Shown here: piece by piece, positions 13,601 to 26,849 of the stretch | How positions within the stretch are numbered: the stretch's first letter is position 1 | How the letters are laid out: each line of letters opens with the position of its first letter | From: Camelus dromedarius | Lineage: Eukaryota | Reading direction: 5' to 3' | DNA length: 64,000 nt | Assembly (NCBI RefSeq): GCF_036321535.1 | Contig: NC_087437.1 | Coordinates: 15,812,001-15,876,000, forward strand | Position numbers and translations under genes: made by a program | Notes under the pieces: generated by a model | Told to the model about the DNA's origin: nothing | Seen by the model: the letters and a program-made list of their open reading frames with translations, nothing else | Databases searched by the model: none

Positions 13601-14716
13601 ATCCTGCTCCCCTGACCGCGTCCTCAGGGAGGGAAAGCAGATGACCTCGGTGGCTGCCCCTCCCCAGCTGTCATTTAGGAGGCAGGTGGCGGGAAAGTGG
13701 GGCTCAGGGTCCGTGCTGTGGGAGGCTGCAGCATCTCCGCTGGGGGAAGGATGAAGGCAGCCTCACTGGAGAAATGTTTTGGGAAGAGTGGTGCATCCTG
13801 TCCTTGGTTCCGTCAAGAACAGCAGAGAAGAGGGCTCAGTGGTGACCACACGCCCGAACGCTGGGCATTTTGATGTCTATTTGCCTCCACCGGGTCCTCT
13901 TCCAAACCCCCCTGCGCTAGTTTGCATTGTGTGAGGTTCCTTTTTCTCCTCTTTTTAAACCCCCTGATCTATGGGGTCTGGACCATGCCAGGTGATCCTG
14001 GGGTCCAGAGAGGGCTCGCGAAGACCTGGGCCCTTGTGCCCAGCTGTCAGGATGGACTCTGCTTCACAAAGGATCTGGCTGTTTTCCTCCCTCGAGCTCC
14101 CATCTGCTCACCTTTCTTCAGTTTGTTGGCGTGCCTGTGCACACATGCTCCTGTCCTAGAATGTCCCCGCCGCCCTCCTTATTTCCCTGGCTTTTTTTAA
14201 ACCTTGCCTTAGGCCCCGACTAATGATCCCTCACATCGTTCTCCTCCTGCCAATTCCTCTCTTCCCCTAAAGGCTCTGTTTCTCTCCCGAGCCACAGCCT
14301 CAGAGTGAAAAAGAAATCAGTGGACTCGGAGAGAAGTCATTATCCTCTTTCTGAAACATTTTCCTTCTCTTTCTTCTTGCTTTTCATAAGAACCAAATCA
14401 GCAGATGGGGGCCAGTCTCATGGTGGCTGAGAAACAGAGGGAGCAGTGGAAGGCAGTTGGAGGGGCTGCTTTGTTCATTTCTTCTGGGCAGCATGTGTTT
14501 TCAGAACACCTCCCTGCCCGGCAGGCTGCCCACAGGGGCCGGCAAGACAGATAACCCCCCGGCCTATCCTCGAGTGGCCCACAGTCATCGCCCCAGGCTC
14601 CAGATCTGGGGTCCCAGCCTGGACCTCCAAGAAGTCAGAGATCTGAGATGTTATGTGTGTTGGTGCATTTTCTGGGAAGAGTGGCTTTTCCTTGGATTCT
14701 TGAAAAGTTTCAAGAC

Positions 14717-15081
14717 CTAAGACTTTCAAAAAATTCTGACCATGACCTGTAGTAAAAAAGGCACGTCTCTATCTTGTCTCCCACATCTGTGCATGTACGT
14801 GTGTGTGTGTGAGAGGGGTGGGGGGAAAGAGTTAGTTTTCTGGGTATCTGCGTCTATCTCGATATATATTTCTATCTGTAACTAAATCATCTCTGAAACA
14901 AAAGTTCCCCAAACACTACTTACCCTTTCTACATGCAAATCAACGTGGTATTTTCTGTTTTATTCCTCTTGATTCTATAATAAGCTATTCTATCCTATTT
15001 CATTAAAAATACTGATGACAGCCCACAAAATTGATTTCATGACCCAGTAATGAGTCACAACCTGCACTTTGGGAAACACTG
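14717..15081. mobile_element. hAT-Charlie-type MER element with internal (GT)n
   Basis: Right end 'aaattgatttcatgacccagtaatgagtcacaacctgcactttgggaaacactg' has a hAT CAGTG-type TIR; left end 'actttcaaaaattctgaccatgacc'. Exact subfamily not assigned. Confidence 0.6.
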
Positions 15082-15127
15082 ATCTAAAGGAAAATGTTGG
15101 GAATCGCTGGTCTGGGAACTCTGATGT

Positions 15128-15600
15128 GTCACTGGTGGGAGGGTAAATTCGCAGAATCTTAATGAGGGCCGTTTGGCAATTTTTGTCAATTTACAAATAC
15201 ATTCAACCCATTGACCTTCATGTTCCTACAGGGATATTCCACTTCTGGGAATTTCTAAAAATTCTATTTCTAGGAATTTATCTTACAGATATACGTGTGC
15301 AAAGTGATGTTCAAGCTAATTCTTTGCTCCATTGTTTATATTAGCGGAAGATTGGACACAACTCAAACGTCCATCATTACGGGACTGATTGAATAACTAA
15401 CGGAACATCCATACAATGGAAGAATATTCTGCAGGTGTTTTTAAAAGAAAGGGGAGGGGAAGCTCTCAATGACCTAAGTTGGAAAGATTGCCAAGATGTA
15501 TTAACTCAAACAACAAGATGCGAAACACAGTGTTTTTTTTAATAGGTTAACTTTTGAATGAAAAAGGGGATAATTAGAGTCTGTATTCATCGCTGCTTAT
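15128..15600 (+). mobile_element. L1ME-like ORF2 end/3' UTR fragment
   Basis: 'cactggtgggagggtaaatt', 'attccacttctgggaattt', 'attggacacaactcaaacgtccatca', 'acatccatacaatggaa'. Confidence 0.75.
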
Positions 15601-15601
15601 A

Positions 15602-15680
15602 TTGGGTTGAATCATATGAAATTACCATCTTTGAAGGTCAAACTGATTGAATATTGGCAATTTCATGTGGTTCAACATAA
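15602..15680. mobile_element. MADE2 mariner-derived miniature element
   Basis: 79-bp element with long imperfect TIRs 'ttgggttgaatcatatgaaattacca' / 'tggcaatttcatgtggttcaacataa'; TA on the left flank. Confidence 0.85.
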
Positions 15681-18547
15681 CATGTGCATAAAGAAGAGTA
15701 AAAAGAACAGATGGGAGATTTCTCACTGGGACCTGTTAAAATAAGGAATCCCATTGGTTAATGGGAAACGGATGGGACTCACTCTGAGCTAAGGCAGAAC
15801 CACGGGCAGTCCCATGCCCAAGTGGAGAAGGAGCAGAGGCCACCTGTCCCTGTCCTCATGCCGGAGACCCAGGCAAGGCTGAGACAGTGGGCAGAAGGCT
15901 GGGACAGAGTGGCCCAGCAGCTGGAGGATGCCTCTGTCTCCCTCCCTTGTCCTCCCCTCTTTCTAGATATCAAGTGTAGATAGCATGGTGAGAATGAGCT
16001 AGAAATATAACTTTTAAAATTTAAAATTTTGAATGCATTTGCTTGTATTGAAAAAGCATTACCCAAGGAATGCTGATTGCTGTCGACTGGGCCAAGTGGG
16101 GCTTTCTACTTCTCAGGGCTGGGCTGCAGAGGGCCCAGGACTGAGTTCCATTAGTTATTCAACCACAGAGGGACCATTTTTCTCATGCCTAGTACCCGTT
16201 GCTTGTTGCCCAGCCTGATACTCAAGCTCAGTGAGGCTTCTAGGATCCTAGGGTCATCTGGGCAGGTGTCCTGAGGGGTCAGACACTGGGGTTAGAGTTG
16301 AGGATAGAGGTAGGTCCTGGTCTGTTCACTTCAAAACCCATGCTGATTCAGATTTCCCAGGCCAAGGAAGATCCCTGGGGCTGGCATAGTGTTCAGCTGG
16401 GACCTCGTAGGGTAACATCTACGCAGTCACTTTGCCACCATGGTCTTAATGCTGCCGACTTGGAAATTCGTTTTCACCAGCATGTGGAGGGCATAGTCCT
16501 CTCTCCAGGGCAGAGTTACACTCTCCAGGCTCCCAGAGAGTCGTATGTGGACCCAGCCTTATTGTTCATCACCCTGGGAGTGGAACTGCCAAAGGAAGTG
16601 CATACCCATGCCCTCTGGCCAGTACACCCTCTCCCTTAGGCAGCCCCAGAGGGACAGAACACCGGCACAGGAGGGCCTTGGGCAGGCAAGAATCTGAGCT
16701 ACCCAGGCTGGCCTGGGGCTGTGGACCACCAGCCCTGATGTATCACTGGGTTCCTGGGGGCTGATCCTTTCCACTGAGAGAGTAGGAAGTGAATGTGTGT
16801 GTGTGTTGGGATTGGGGTGGGGGGGGGCAATGCTGGGAGGGCCACAGCTACCTCTTAGAAGTTTTTTTTCTTTTTTTTATTCTTTAGATGTGACCAGTCT
16901 CCCTTGTGGGGCACATTCCTTCATTAGCCTTATGAATACCTTGAATTCAGTTATAGCTGATTGTATGTGGACAGAGATCTTTGGTCTCCTTTGGAAAACA
17001 CCACGTGTTGACATTTATCCAAGTTATATATGTATGTATGTACGTAATTTGGCAGAGGAGGGTCTTATGCTCCCTCTCATCTTCTGCCTGCATTTTACCC
17101 AACACCTCACTGCTCAGAGAACAGAAACAGCCTTGGGCAGTGTTTGGTGAAGAGAATGGCAGGACCCCAGTGAGGCTCTGTGAAACTGATCTGGAAGTAC
17201 AGGTGGACGGAGCGAGCCGGAGCTGGGCAGGGGCAGGTAGGAAGCTGCTGCCGATGCTCCAGTGAGCAGCCCAAGGGCCTGGGCTGGGAGGAGCAGGCAG
17301 GTGAAAGGGAGTGAGGGTGCTGGTGGCCTTGGGAAGGAGGGAGCAACAGATTTCGGAAGATGACACGACTCCGAATCAAGCCTGGTAGTGGGAAGAGTGA
17401 TGGGAAGGAGACTTAGGGGGAACATGCTTAATTAGTTCGGGATTGGACTTTCAAATTTGATTGGGTGCTGGGGATGGAGACTTCCATCTCCCTTGGCCGT
17501 CGTTCTGTGGTAGTTAATCTCAAGCTAGGGACTGAGTTCAAGATTTTGGCCTGAACTTCAGAGACACAAAAGATGGTGACTCACTCACACGAAGGGATGA
17601 ATGGAATCACTTAAGAGGGAGTACAGAGGAAGTAGATGACCAAAGACCAAATCCTGGGGACTGCTCTGCCGGGGAGTGCTGGACCATGTCTCTCCCTGGG
17701 TCCTGGGCTGAGTGATGAGGGCGTCTTGAGTGGAGAGGAGGCTGTACGCCCAGGGCTTCTGAGGGAAATGCTGTGGGCGTCAGGTGTTGGAGTCCCCCTC
17801 CCATGGGCTCTGTCCCCAGCGGTCCCTTCAGCTTGTAGGGGAAACGGAGTTGGGGGCGCTAGCGGGAGGGAATTGGAACCAGCAGAGGGTGTACCCTGAA
17901 CTCAGTAAGTAAAGGCCTCGTCTGTCAACGTGAAATTCAGGGAGATTTGAAGGATTCGGCTGTGGCTACAGAAGACTAGGGTTAGATGAGTCATTGATTG
18001 ATGAGTTAAGGTTTAATGAAAAGATACCAAATTGTACTTAAGTGCTTATCTTTCTTCTTTCCCTCTTGTTCTTAAATTATGTATCACATTTTTAAACGTG
18101 GACATGATTAATGCTGTTAGGATCTCCAGCCTGGCTGTTTTAACAAAGACTTATATTTTAACTTAAAAAGCATAACCGAGTGGAGACTCTTACCATTTTT
18201 TGCCAATTAATCACCCGTGTGAGAAGCTCAGCTGTTCGGACCCTCAGGCCTTCTGCAGAGGCAGCTGTGCCCACTGGGTGGTACTTCACCCTCATTACGG
18301 GCAGAGTATGTCGGAGAAAACAAACTGCCCCCTGAGAGTTGCAGCTGTCATGTGGGATGAAGGAGACCAGGAAGGGGAGTGGATGTGGAGGGGGAGAAGG
18401 GGGAGAGGGAGCCCAGTGCTGATGTGGGAGCATCGCGGATGGGCTTATCTCCACACACATCGGGAGAGTCCATGGAGCTTGGTCCTTGAAGGAGAAGGAA
18501 CGGTGGAGGCTTGGGGAGTGAAGAACCCAGGAAGGGCCTGACTTGCT

Positions 18548-18665
18548 CAGTTACGTTCACTAGACATTTACTGAGCACCCAGTATATGTCAGGTTCTGGG
18601 GATACAAACCAGAATAGGATCCGTTCTTGGCTTCCAGTTGTTTACCAGACAGTGGAGGAAGATGG
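18548..18665 (-). mobile_element. L2 3' end fragment
   Basis: 'acatttactgagcacccagtatatgtcaggttctggggatacaa'. Confidence 0.55.
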
Positions 18666-18874
18666 ACTGGCTAAACGCTGGAGGTGATATACCTGTGGCC
18701 GGTGCAGGAATAGCCATGTATATTGGACCTCCTGATGGGAAGATAATGAGTCCGCAGAGCAGGCCTGCCATCACGCTGTGCTCTTAGCCGTCGTGTGTGA
18801 CGGGGCGGCCACCGGTGCACCAGACACCATGGGTCTGATGACCTCTCCCTGGAGCGATGATTGGGTGGCTTCCT

Positions 18875-19000
18875 CTCTTGCCTCTGCCTCTTACAAGCTG
18901 TGTACCTTGAGGAAGTCACTTAACAGCCCTGTGCCTCCGTTTCCTCACAGTAGTACTTATTTCACGGGGTTGTTGGAAAGTTCAAATGTGTTACGCAGTG
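18875..19000 (+). mobile_element. MIR SINE
   Basis: 'agctgtgtaccttgaggaagtcacttaacagccctgtgcctccgtttcctca...ggggttgttggaaagttcaaatg'. Confidence 0.7.
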
Positions 19001-19084
19001 TTAGATGGAGAAGAAGGAGAAGGGGAGGTCGAGAAAGCCAGTCTGGAAGGGCGTTCTCGGAAGAGGAAAAATTAGGCAGGTGAT

Positions 19085-19400
19085 GGAAAACATAATCCAA
19101 ATTGGCTTAAGCAAATGAGAAATTCGTTGACTTTTCCTAGTGGACCAGGAGGGTTAGACAGCGCCATGGACCTGGCTTCTCTTTCCCTTTGTTCATCACT
19201 CCTGCTGGGCTGATGCCATTCCCCCAGACTCTCTGCATGACCTCACCAGGATGCTTGCAGGCAGCTGTAGCCTTCCAGGGTGGACTCAATGGAAAGAATA
19301 GCAGGAGACTTTGTTCTTGCACTCCTAGGAAGAGCGCTTGGGTGGACCCTGGCCGGGGTGGGGTGTGGGGTAAGCCTGTGCGTGACCTTGAACCACTTCC
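19085..19400. mobile_element. Possible old MLT1 (MaLR) LTR remnant
   Basis: 'aaaacataatccaaattggcttaagcaaatgagaaattcgttgac' resembles old MLT1 ends; the remainder is highly diverged. Confidence 0.35.
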
Positions 19401-20419
19401 TGAGGTCGGCTGGAAGCTCAGAGACCATCTCACTCTGTCCATCTTAAAACACGCCCTCTCCCGTGTGCACTTCTGGCTTCTTGTAATGGAACAAGAACTT
19501 TAAGACCCTATAAAGCATTTTGAGTGCAAAATTGGCTGGATTTTTAGTCATATTTTGTTTCTGATCTCTTAGCTTTGTCTTACCCTGTCCAAAAAGTGAA
19601 CAGTTTTTTAGCAACTTGTGTTTATGGTGTCTTTCCAAAGCATTCAACTTAGTGTCACAGGAGCAACAGCTCTACTTCACATTTATACTTTATAGGTTTA
19701 TTAATATTTGATTAAATTAAGTATTTATAACAACAAATACAACTGGCAAACAGGTGTGGGGACAGACATAGCAGACTCTGGGCAAGCGTTCTGTTGAACT
19801 CGCGGGGCACAAGTGCACGAGTCTCCTTGAGCTGTCACAGGGCTGTGGGCATCGGGTCCGTGCATTTGACAGAGTGAATAGAGAAGAGCCGGTAAAGCGG
19901 GCGAATCAGACAAGGTCATTAAAGAGACTTCCACTGCCCAAGTTTGCTCTCGGATGACTGGCCAGTTGCAGAGGATGTTGAGAGAGTGAGCTGGGCCCAG
20001 TGGGATGGGCGAGAGAAGAAGGGAGCCCTGGACTCCCTAAGGAGAGCCCACAGTCCACATAGTGGCTTCAGTCCCACAGGCAGACCTGATGTCCACAGTT
20101 TGTGGGCGTCCGATCTGAGCGAGGGGGATACCCAGAGCAGAGTGGGCAGGGCTGGGTGGGGATGTTGGAGGAAAGCATCCTGCCCACTCTAAGTGTATTT
20201 CCTCAGGGTGGTCCCAAGTGCCAGATTCCCCCAGGAAGGCCAGGAGGGCACTCACCCCTTTTCCCAGGGACCCAGGCAGGCACAACAGTTTTGAGTCCCA
20301 CTGGATTCAAGATCTCAGGCAGAGACCAGCATCACCTAATATCGCCCTGGACCGCCTGAATCAGCTGCAGTGTGCGAGGATGACCCAGCCTCAGAAAACC
20401 CCAGCCAAAGACAGGGCTG

Positions 20420-20645
20420 GTCTCAGGAGCCTCATCATTAGGACAGGGACAAGGAGGCCGACCTTCCAGACTGTCGTGGGGATTAAATGAAATAAGAATC
20501 ACCGAGTTTCCAGTACAGAGTAAGTACTTAAAGTGTCAGCTCCCTCTTGGCCATGCCTCCCTGGTTTTCCACTGTGGAAATGGATCTCACAGAAGTTAAG
20601 CAACTTGCCTGGTTTATCTGGTACAAGAGGGTCAGAGCAGGGCCC
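20420..20645. mobile_element. Two MIR fragments in opposite orientation
   Basis: 'ctgtcgtggggattaaatgaaataa' (+) followed by 'cagaagttaagcaacttgcct' (-). Confidence 0.45.
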
Positions 20646-21319
20646 CGAAGCCCCCTCTTCCCCCCTAGCCCGGGTGTGTTCAAACACCAGGTAGGCTCTC
20701 TATTAGCTCAGACCCCCTCCTGCCCCTGGGACGGGTGACCTGTGACCCTTTACCATGGGTTACCGCACAGGGAGAAAGGCCTCAGCTTAATAACGTAGCA
20801 GAGATTAGAAATGCATCAGCCGAGGGAGGCCATCAAAGGCCCCGGTTACTAAAACGATGTCAGGTAACAACCTTTCAAACCAGCTGCCGCTCAGGGGAGG
20901 AGGGGAGCTGGGTAATGATTACAGCTTGGGGTCTAACATGGAGCCCATCGCTTACTCAAAACACTGCCGCTTTCTGGCCGTTACTGCCCGGGTGCCCCTG
21001 GGTCCAGGCAGGTGGGTACCTTTCATAATCGGAGCCTCCAGTGAGTCAGTTTGGCCAATTCTCTGGGCTAGAGGCTTGGCTTGGATGAGGGAGTGAGGAG
21101 TTCTGCAGGTGAAGTCCTCACACTCTGGCACTGGGGTAGGGGAAAACGGTGCTAAGCTCCAGAGGCCTTTGAGTTCTTTGTTCAAAGTGGATTCGGTTAC
21201 CGGGGGCAAATCAGGTAGATGTGGGGCGGTTGGTCTGCCACCTCGCCGTGTTCATTATTTATTATTTATGAGCTTTATTATTATTGCCTGTACTGAGCGC
21301 ACTGCACTTTGTAATGCAG

Positions 21320-22220
21320 GGCTCCCTAGGTGAGCTCAGCCAAGCCTGGGACTTTAAATACTGCCTGGACCCTGAGGACCCCCAAACTCACTTCCAGCCC
21401 AGTCTCTCCTCCCACTGCAAACACCTGATTCCCCTTTGGCCCTGGATCTCTGCACTGGACTGTTGCAGCCTCCTCGGCCACAGCATGTCCAAAACTGAAC
21501 TGTTCCTCTGCCAGTCCCGGTGAATGGCCTTATGATCTGCCTGGTTGTCATAGCCCCAAAGCACGGGTTGCCTTTAATCCCCTCTCTGCCTCGTGGCCCA
21601 GTCTACCCATATACCCTGCCAGCTCTCCTTCCAGAGCACCTCCTGGATCTGTCCCCTTTTTGTCCCCTTCCCTCCACCTCCACCACCTGGTCCCAGCCCC
21701 TATCATCTTTGGCCTCCAGGTTCCTTCTCCCCCATTCCAAGTCTCAGTCAGGTGAACCCCTTCCCCATTTCAAACTTCTGTTGTCTTCCCATCACACTTA
21801 GAATAAGACCCAGCTTGGTGCCATGGCCCCCGGGATTCCACGTGCTCTGACCCTTGACCCGCTTTGCAGTATTCTGCAGGCTCTGCTGACCTCTCTGGCC
21901 CTTTAACAGAGCAGGCTTTTTCCCACCTCGGGACCTTTGCAGTTTCTGTTCCCTCTGCCTGGAAGCCTTCCCTCGGGGCTTTCCAGGACCTGCTCCTTCT
22001 CATCAGGCAGGTTCCAGAGAGGCCTTGCCACCCCACCTTAGTTAAATCATTATTAGACCACCTTGGAGCACTTGCAGTTATCTGAAATTATCTTCCTTAT
22101 TTGTTTACTAACCTACAGTCTGCATGCACTGGAGTGCGGATTCTGCTCTGAACAGGGCTTAGGACCCTACTTGGAACATGGGAGGCTCTCAGTAAATATT
22201 TATTGAGTGAATTCACGAAC
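21320..22220 (+). mobile_element. L2 LINE 3' portion (about 0.9 kb)
   Basis: Pyrimidine-rich L2 hallmarks 'ctttaaatac', 'cagcatgtccaaaactgaact', 'ggacctttgcagtttctgttccctctgcctggaa', ending 'ctcagtaaatatttattgagtgaat'. Confidence 0.8.
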
Positions 22221-22224
22221 ACAT

Positions 22225-22395
22225 GTTTTGCTAATTTCAGTAATAACCTAGCAAAGTAGATTTCATCTACTCTGTTTTTCAGGAAGTGAAAGTTGCAAAG
22301 AAATCACCTATCTTGCTTAAGGTTATCCAAGCTTATCGGTGGCAGAGGTGAAGTTCAAACCCAGTTTTGTCTGCTCCAAAACTCTTCTCCATGCT
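22225..22395 (-). mobile_element. MIR SINE
   Basis: 'cttgcttaaggttatccaagcttatcggtggcagaggtgaagttcaaacccagttttgtctgctccaaa'. Confidence 0.6.
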
Positions 22396-23519
22396 ACCTT
22401 TCCAAGACAAACCTGCTTGGGTGCTACCCCCAAAAGAGAATGTTTGAGGATCCCCTGAGACGGTGTTCCTTAGCTGGCTCATGGTCACTTCTAACAGAGC
22501 AGTTACTGTGTCTGGACCCTGGGTCTTTGCAATTACCCTCCTCATCATCCCAGCAGCTGCAGGTGAGGGAGCAAGTGTGAGTGGCGGGGAGGGTTGGGTA
22601 GAATGAGTAGTGGCTGCCTTAAAGCTCTGGGTTATCCCCACAGGGACTGCATCAGCATGGCCCCGTGATGGCCAGCGGTCGGCCTCCTTAGGGGAGTTAA
22701 TACAGGTAACTGCACCAAGCTATTAATGCAGCCAAGGGCAACGTCTGCAAAAAGTCCAGATTAGAATGGAACCATATGGGCAGCTATTTGATAGCAAGCA
22801 TTGGATGCTGTGTCACCATGTGGTGACACAGGGGCTGCCAAATTGCCCCTCCACCCACCTCCGATGCCTGCATCTGCTCTTGTTCCCCATGTGGAGGGGA
22901 CCCCTTCTGCTGTAAAATCCTTGACTTTCCGGTCCTCTCCCGTCCCTCTGTTTTCCCTCGGGTGCATTCTGGTGGTTCTGAGCCTCACTGGACACCTGAG
23001 AATAAAGGACACCTTCTCACAACAAATTGACGAAGGATGGCTTGATTCTGGGGAGCAGCTTTGCCTGCCTAGGAGGGAACCGATGATCTGCACCCCCACT
23101 TCCCCCACACCAACTAAGGGGTTCCAGGATACTAGAGTAGCTCTGATGTGGTTTACCTGGGCTCTTATGAGCACATCTGAAAGATAACTCCCGTTCCAGG
23201 GGGAGGCCCTGTGCTAACAGTCCCTCTCCTCTCGCCTCTTCCACTGCTTATAATTTGGATCCAGTACAATTAATCAGACTGTAAGAGAGTCCAGGAACAT
23301 TAAGCAGAATTTGCCATTTTCATGCAAAGCTGAGAGACACGGCTATTTCACATGTAGCGATTAGACATTTTTATGGCCAACCTATCACATTCCACACCAC
23401 AGATTTCCAATAAATAAAGGGAGGCTAGAACGGGGCCTGCCAGTCATGTAACAATCCAACTAACAATATCGTGGGCAGAACTGTGCTTTCTTGACATGTA
23501 ATTTATTCAATTACATGAG

Positions 23520-23778
23520 TGATCACGTCACTCCCTGCTTAAGTTCCTTCAGTGTCTTTACATAAATTAGAATGACGATGAGGACCTTAACAGCTCCCCT
23601 CCATCCTGGTACTTGTCCAGAGCACCGTGCGAGAATATTGCACATGCCTCCTCCACCAGGCTGGGTGTCCCAGGAAGCAGGGACCGCACTATTTTTCATA
23701 TCCCTTGAAGAGCACAGGGCCCGGCACCCAGAGAGAGCCTGGCGGAGGTTGGCTGAATGGATGGATGAATGAATGATC
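23520..23778 (+). mobile_element. L2 3' fragments with (TGAA/TGGA)n tail
   Basis: 'tgatcacgtcactccctgcttaa...ccttcagtg', 'gcacagggcccggcac', tail 'tgaatggatggatgaatgaatga'. Confidence 0.6.
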
Positions 23779-24360
23779 AATCAAAGACACTGGGGACAGT
23801 CGCTGGTGGGGACGGACGGGGTAGCGTCTCATGGACCTGACGTGGCTCAGGTTTCAGCCATAATTCACAAAGTGACATTTCTAGATATTGGACACATCAC
23901 TTGGAATTTTCTTTCTCAGCCTAGACCCTTAAACCTAAACCATTAAATTAGAATTCTGCCCACTTAACAACCTGGGCTGGGACGTAAATGGGGAGAACAT
24001 GAGCCAGTTCATGCCCTCATGGAGAGAGGAGAGGGGAGAGGAAGAGGGAGAGAGAGGAACACATGCCTCTGAGTGAGTGGGGGCCCGGCACCCACTCCCC
24101 TGATTCCCTCCTGCTCCCTGCGACCTGACTGTCTAGCTGCCCTGAGTGTGATAAAGGATTTGGCCTCAAAACCTAATTTACCCCCTCCCCCAGGTAAGGG
24201 AAGCCTTTTCTGGGGGTGTATTTGCCACCTCTGATGGTTTGGGGATTCATCCTGAATTTATCTGTATATGGATAACCAACCATAGTGGTTATCTTTGCAT
24301 CTGGTCAGCATCTGAGCAATCATAGTGTCTTTCTTAGTTGAGGAAATACGGCAGTGGGGA

Positions 24361-24833
24361 TGTAATGGAGCAGGACCCTGTGGGCCTTCCTGGGACAGAC
24401 CTCTCCCCCCGTATCCTCTGCTGCAGCTCCTCTCTGAAGTTCCCAGATTACAGTATCTCATGTATATTTCCTGAGCTTTTCAGATGCTTAAAACCACCAC
24501 CAAAGGGAAGAAATTAATTACTTGATGATCGAGAGCACATGGCCCCCAGACCTTCTGGAGCCTACGGGTTGATGGTGTTGACCACCGTTACCTCCACATC
24601 AACCAGTCAGAATTGTGCACGAGCTGATCACGTACCCTGTGACCCCTCTCCCTTATTTGGCCTTTAAATATGCTTTGCTGAAACCCTTCGGGGAATCTGG
24701 AGTTTTCTTGGGCATGAGCCACCCCATCCTCCTTGCTTGATCCTGCAATAAGTTTCTCTCTGCTCCAAACACAGACGTTTCAGTTTGTTTGGCCTCATGG
24801 TGCATTGGGCACATGAACTTGCCTTCGGCAACT
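24361..24833 (+). mobile_element. Solo LTR, ERV1-type (473 bp)
   Basis: Begins TGTAA and ends 'ttcggcaact' (terminal CA mutated). Flanked by 4-bp TSD GGGA (24357-24360, 24834-24837). TATA-like 'tttaaata' near 24663 and polyA-like 'aataag' near 24747. Confidence 0.8.
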
Positions 24834-25480
24834 GGGACTCACTTCTTGTTGCTGTCAGTTCACAAGTTCTGCTCACGGCTGCCTGTCGTGCAACCAGGAG
24901 GTGGTCCTGCCCCACCCCTGCCCACTGCCCTTCTGGAGAAGCTGGACTGGCACGGGGATGGCCATTGAAGGACGGTCCCTTTGTGGATCTGGGTCAGCAG
25001 GTGGTGGCGGACAGTGCCTCTTGACATCCCTGAGGGAGAGATGGTCGGGGTGGGCTTGAGGGCAGTGGGGACCCTCCTCCAGTGTGGGCTAAAGAACAGA
25101 AGCAAAGAAGAACAAGGAGGTGGCATCTCTCTCAACCTCGGATTCCAGTTTCAGCAGAGTAGCCTTTATTAGGAAGTCGGTGGGCAGGGCTTCGGCACTC
25201 AAGTTGGGCTGAGAGTTTTCAAGGAGATACTGAGAAAGAACAGGGCGTCCTCCTCTCCAGAGAAACATTGGTGGGAGCAGAAATTCAGCTGCTTCCGTGG
25301 TTGGTCTGGGTGGAAACTTGATCTCAGCAGGGCTGGTTACGGATGCTGGCGGACGTGCGGGCAGCCTGTGGCTGATTGCTGCAGCACTGCCCTCGCCTCC
25401 AGCCTCCGGGTGTTCTTTAGTGCAGTCCAGAAATTGGGATTTTTATGTTACATCTTCATTTTTTAAACATTAGCAACAGA

Positions 25481-25859
25481 TTTTTTTTAATCGAAACATA
25501 GTTGCTTTATAATGTTGTGTTAGGTTCTGGTGTATAGTGCAGTGATTCCGTCATACATACAATACATATTCTTTTTCAGATTCTTTTTCGTTATAGGTTA
25601 TTACAAGATACTGAATATAGTTCCCTGTGCTGTACAGCAGGACACCTTGTTGTTTATATATTTTGTACATAGTAGTTAGTATCTGCTAGTCCCAAACTCC
25701 TAATTTATCCCTCTGCCCTCTTTCCCCCCTGGTAACCATAAGTTTGTTCTTTATGTCTGTGAGTCTGTTTCTGTTCTGTAAGTAAGTTCATTTGTGTCTT
25801 TTTTTAGATTCCACATATGAGTGATATCATATATTTCTCTGACTTACTTCACTTAGTAT
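25481..25859 (-). mobile_element. 5'-truncated cetartiodactyl-type L1 3' end
   Basis: 'ttataggttattacaagatactgaatatagttccctgtgct...ttagattccacatatgagtgatatcata'. TSD ATTAGCAACA(G/C)ATTTT at about 25469-25484 and 25858-25873. Confidence 0.9.
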
Positions 25860-26849
25860 TAGCAACACATTTTTAAAAACATTATATACACTGTTCCCCT
25901 TCCCGGACTCAAGGGACTCATGGCTTGTTGGCTTTAGGAGGCTGCAGGCTGGCCTGGACTGCCTGGCGGGACTTCAGTGTTCAATACCTCAGGGGCACAC
26001 GGTGATTCTTGACACCTCTTCTGAAAGCACAGACTGAAGTCACTCCTAACATAGAGACACGGTCCTCTTTCTTCTTGCTGGAGAGTTTTCAGGAGGCCCC
26101 CCAGCGTGCGGGCTGCATTCATTGTAGGAGTTACCTGGAGGCCTGTGTATAGAGTCTGGACTCCCTGCTGCCGTAACTGGAGCCCCTTACCTCTTACCTC
26201 CTTTGCAGACGGAGCTGACGCCGATGCACCCCCCTGCGAGCCCAAAGTCTCTGTCTGAAGGGGACTGTCCACTTCCCTCCCCTTCCTCATCACTGTCTGA
26301 CCTGGGCGGCCAGTGGGCCAGGCCTTTGCACCACTTTTGGGGGTCCTGCCCAGAGCTTGATTCATGTCCCAAGAGACTGGCCTCCCACAGGGCTTGCTGG
26401 CACCTGGACAAAGTCTTCCGGGGTGGAGACCCTGCCCAGGAAGCAAGACAGCTCAGCTCCGACTCCAGCAGGTGGCTCTGTTGGCTCCTGGGGAGAATCC
26501 AGCCTTGTCCCTGATCCCCTTCCATTTGAATCAGCCAGGAACAGCTGACCTGCCCGCCTGGTCCCTCACCAGGTCTTTGTGTTGGCAGGCAGAGGGGAGC
26601 AGAAGGCCAGCTGGGAGGGAGAGCGTGGGCAGATGGCGGCCCTGCCGGCAGTGGGGAGGGTGCACGCGGGCAGTCTGCAGAGGACTCGGCCCGGGGCTCC
26701 CGCGAAGGCTGGGGCACGTATGGACCTGTGGGGAGTGGGGGACCGGTGGCTTTCAGGGGACCCCCAGAGGCCTGGGCAGCACGGCCCTGTAGACTTGTTC
26801 TGCCTTGAGCCTCTGCATTGATGCCGCCACAGTCGCCGAAAGTTCCTCA

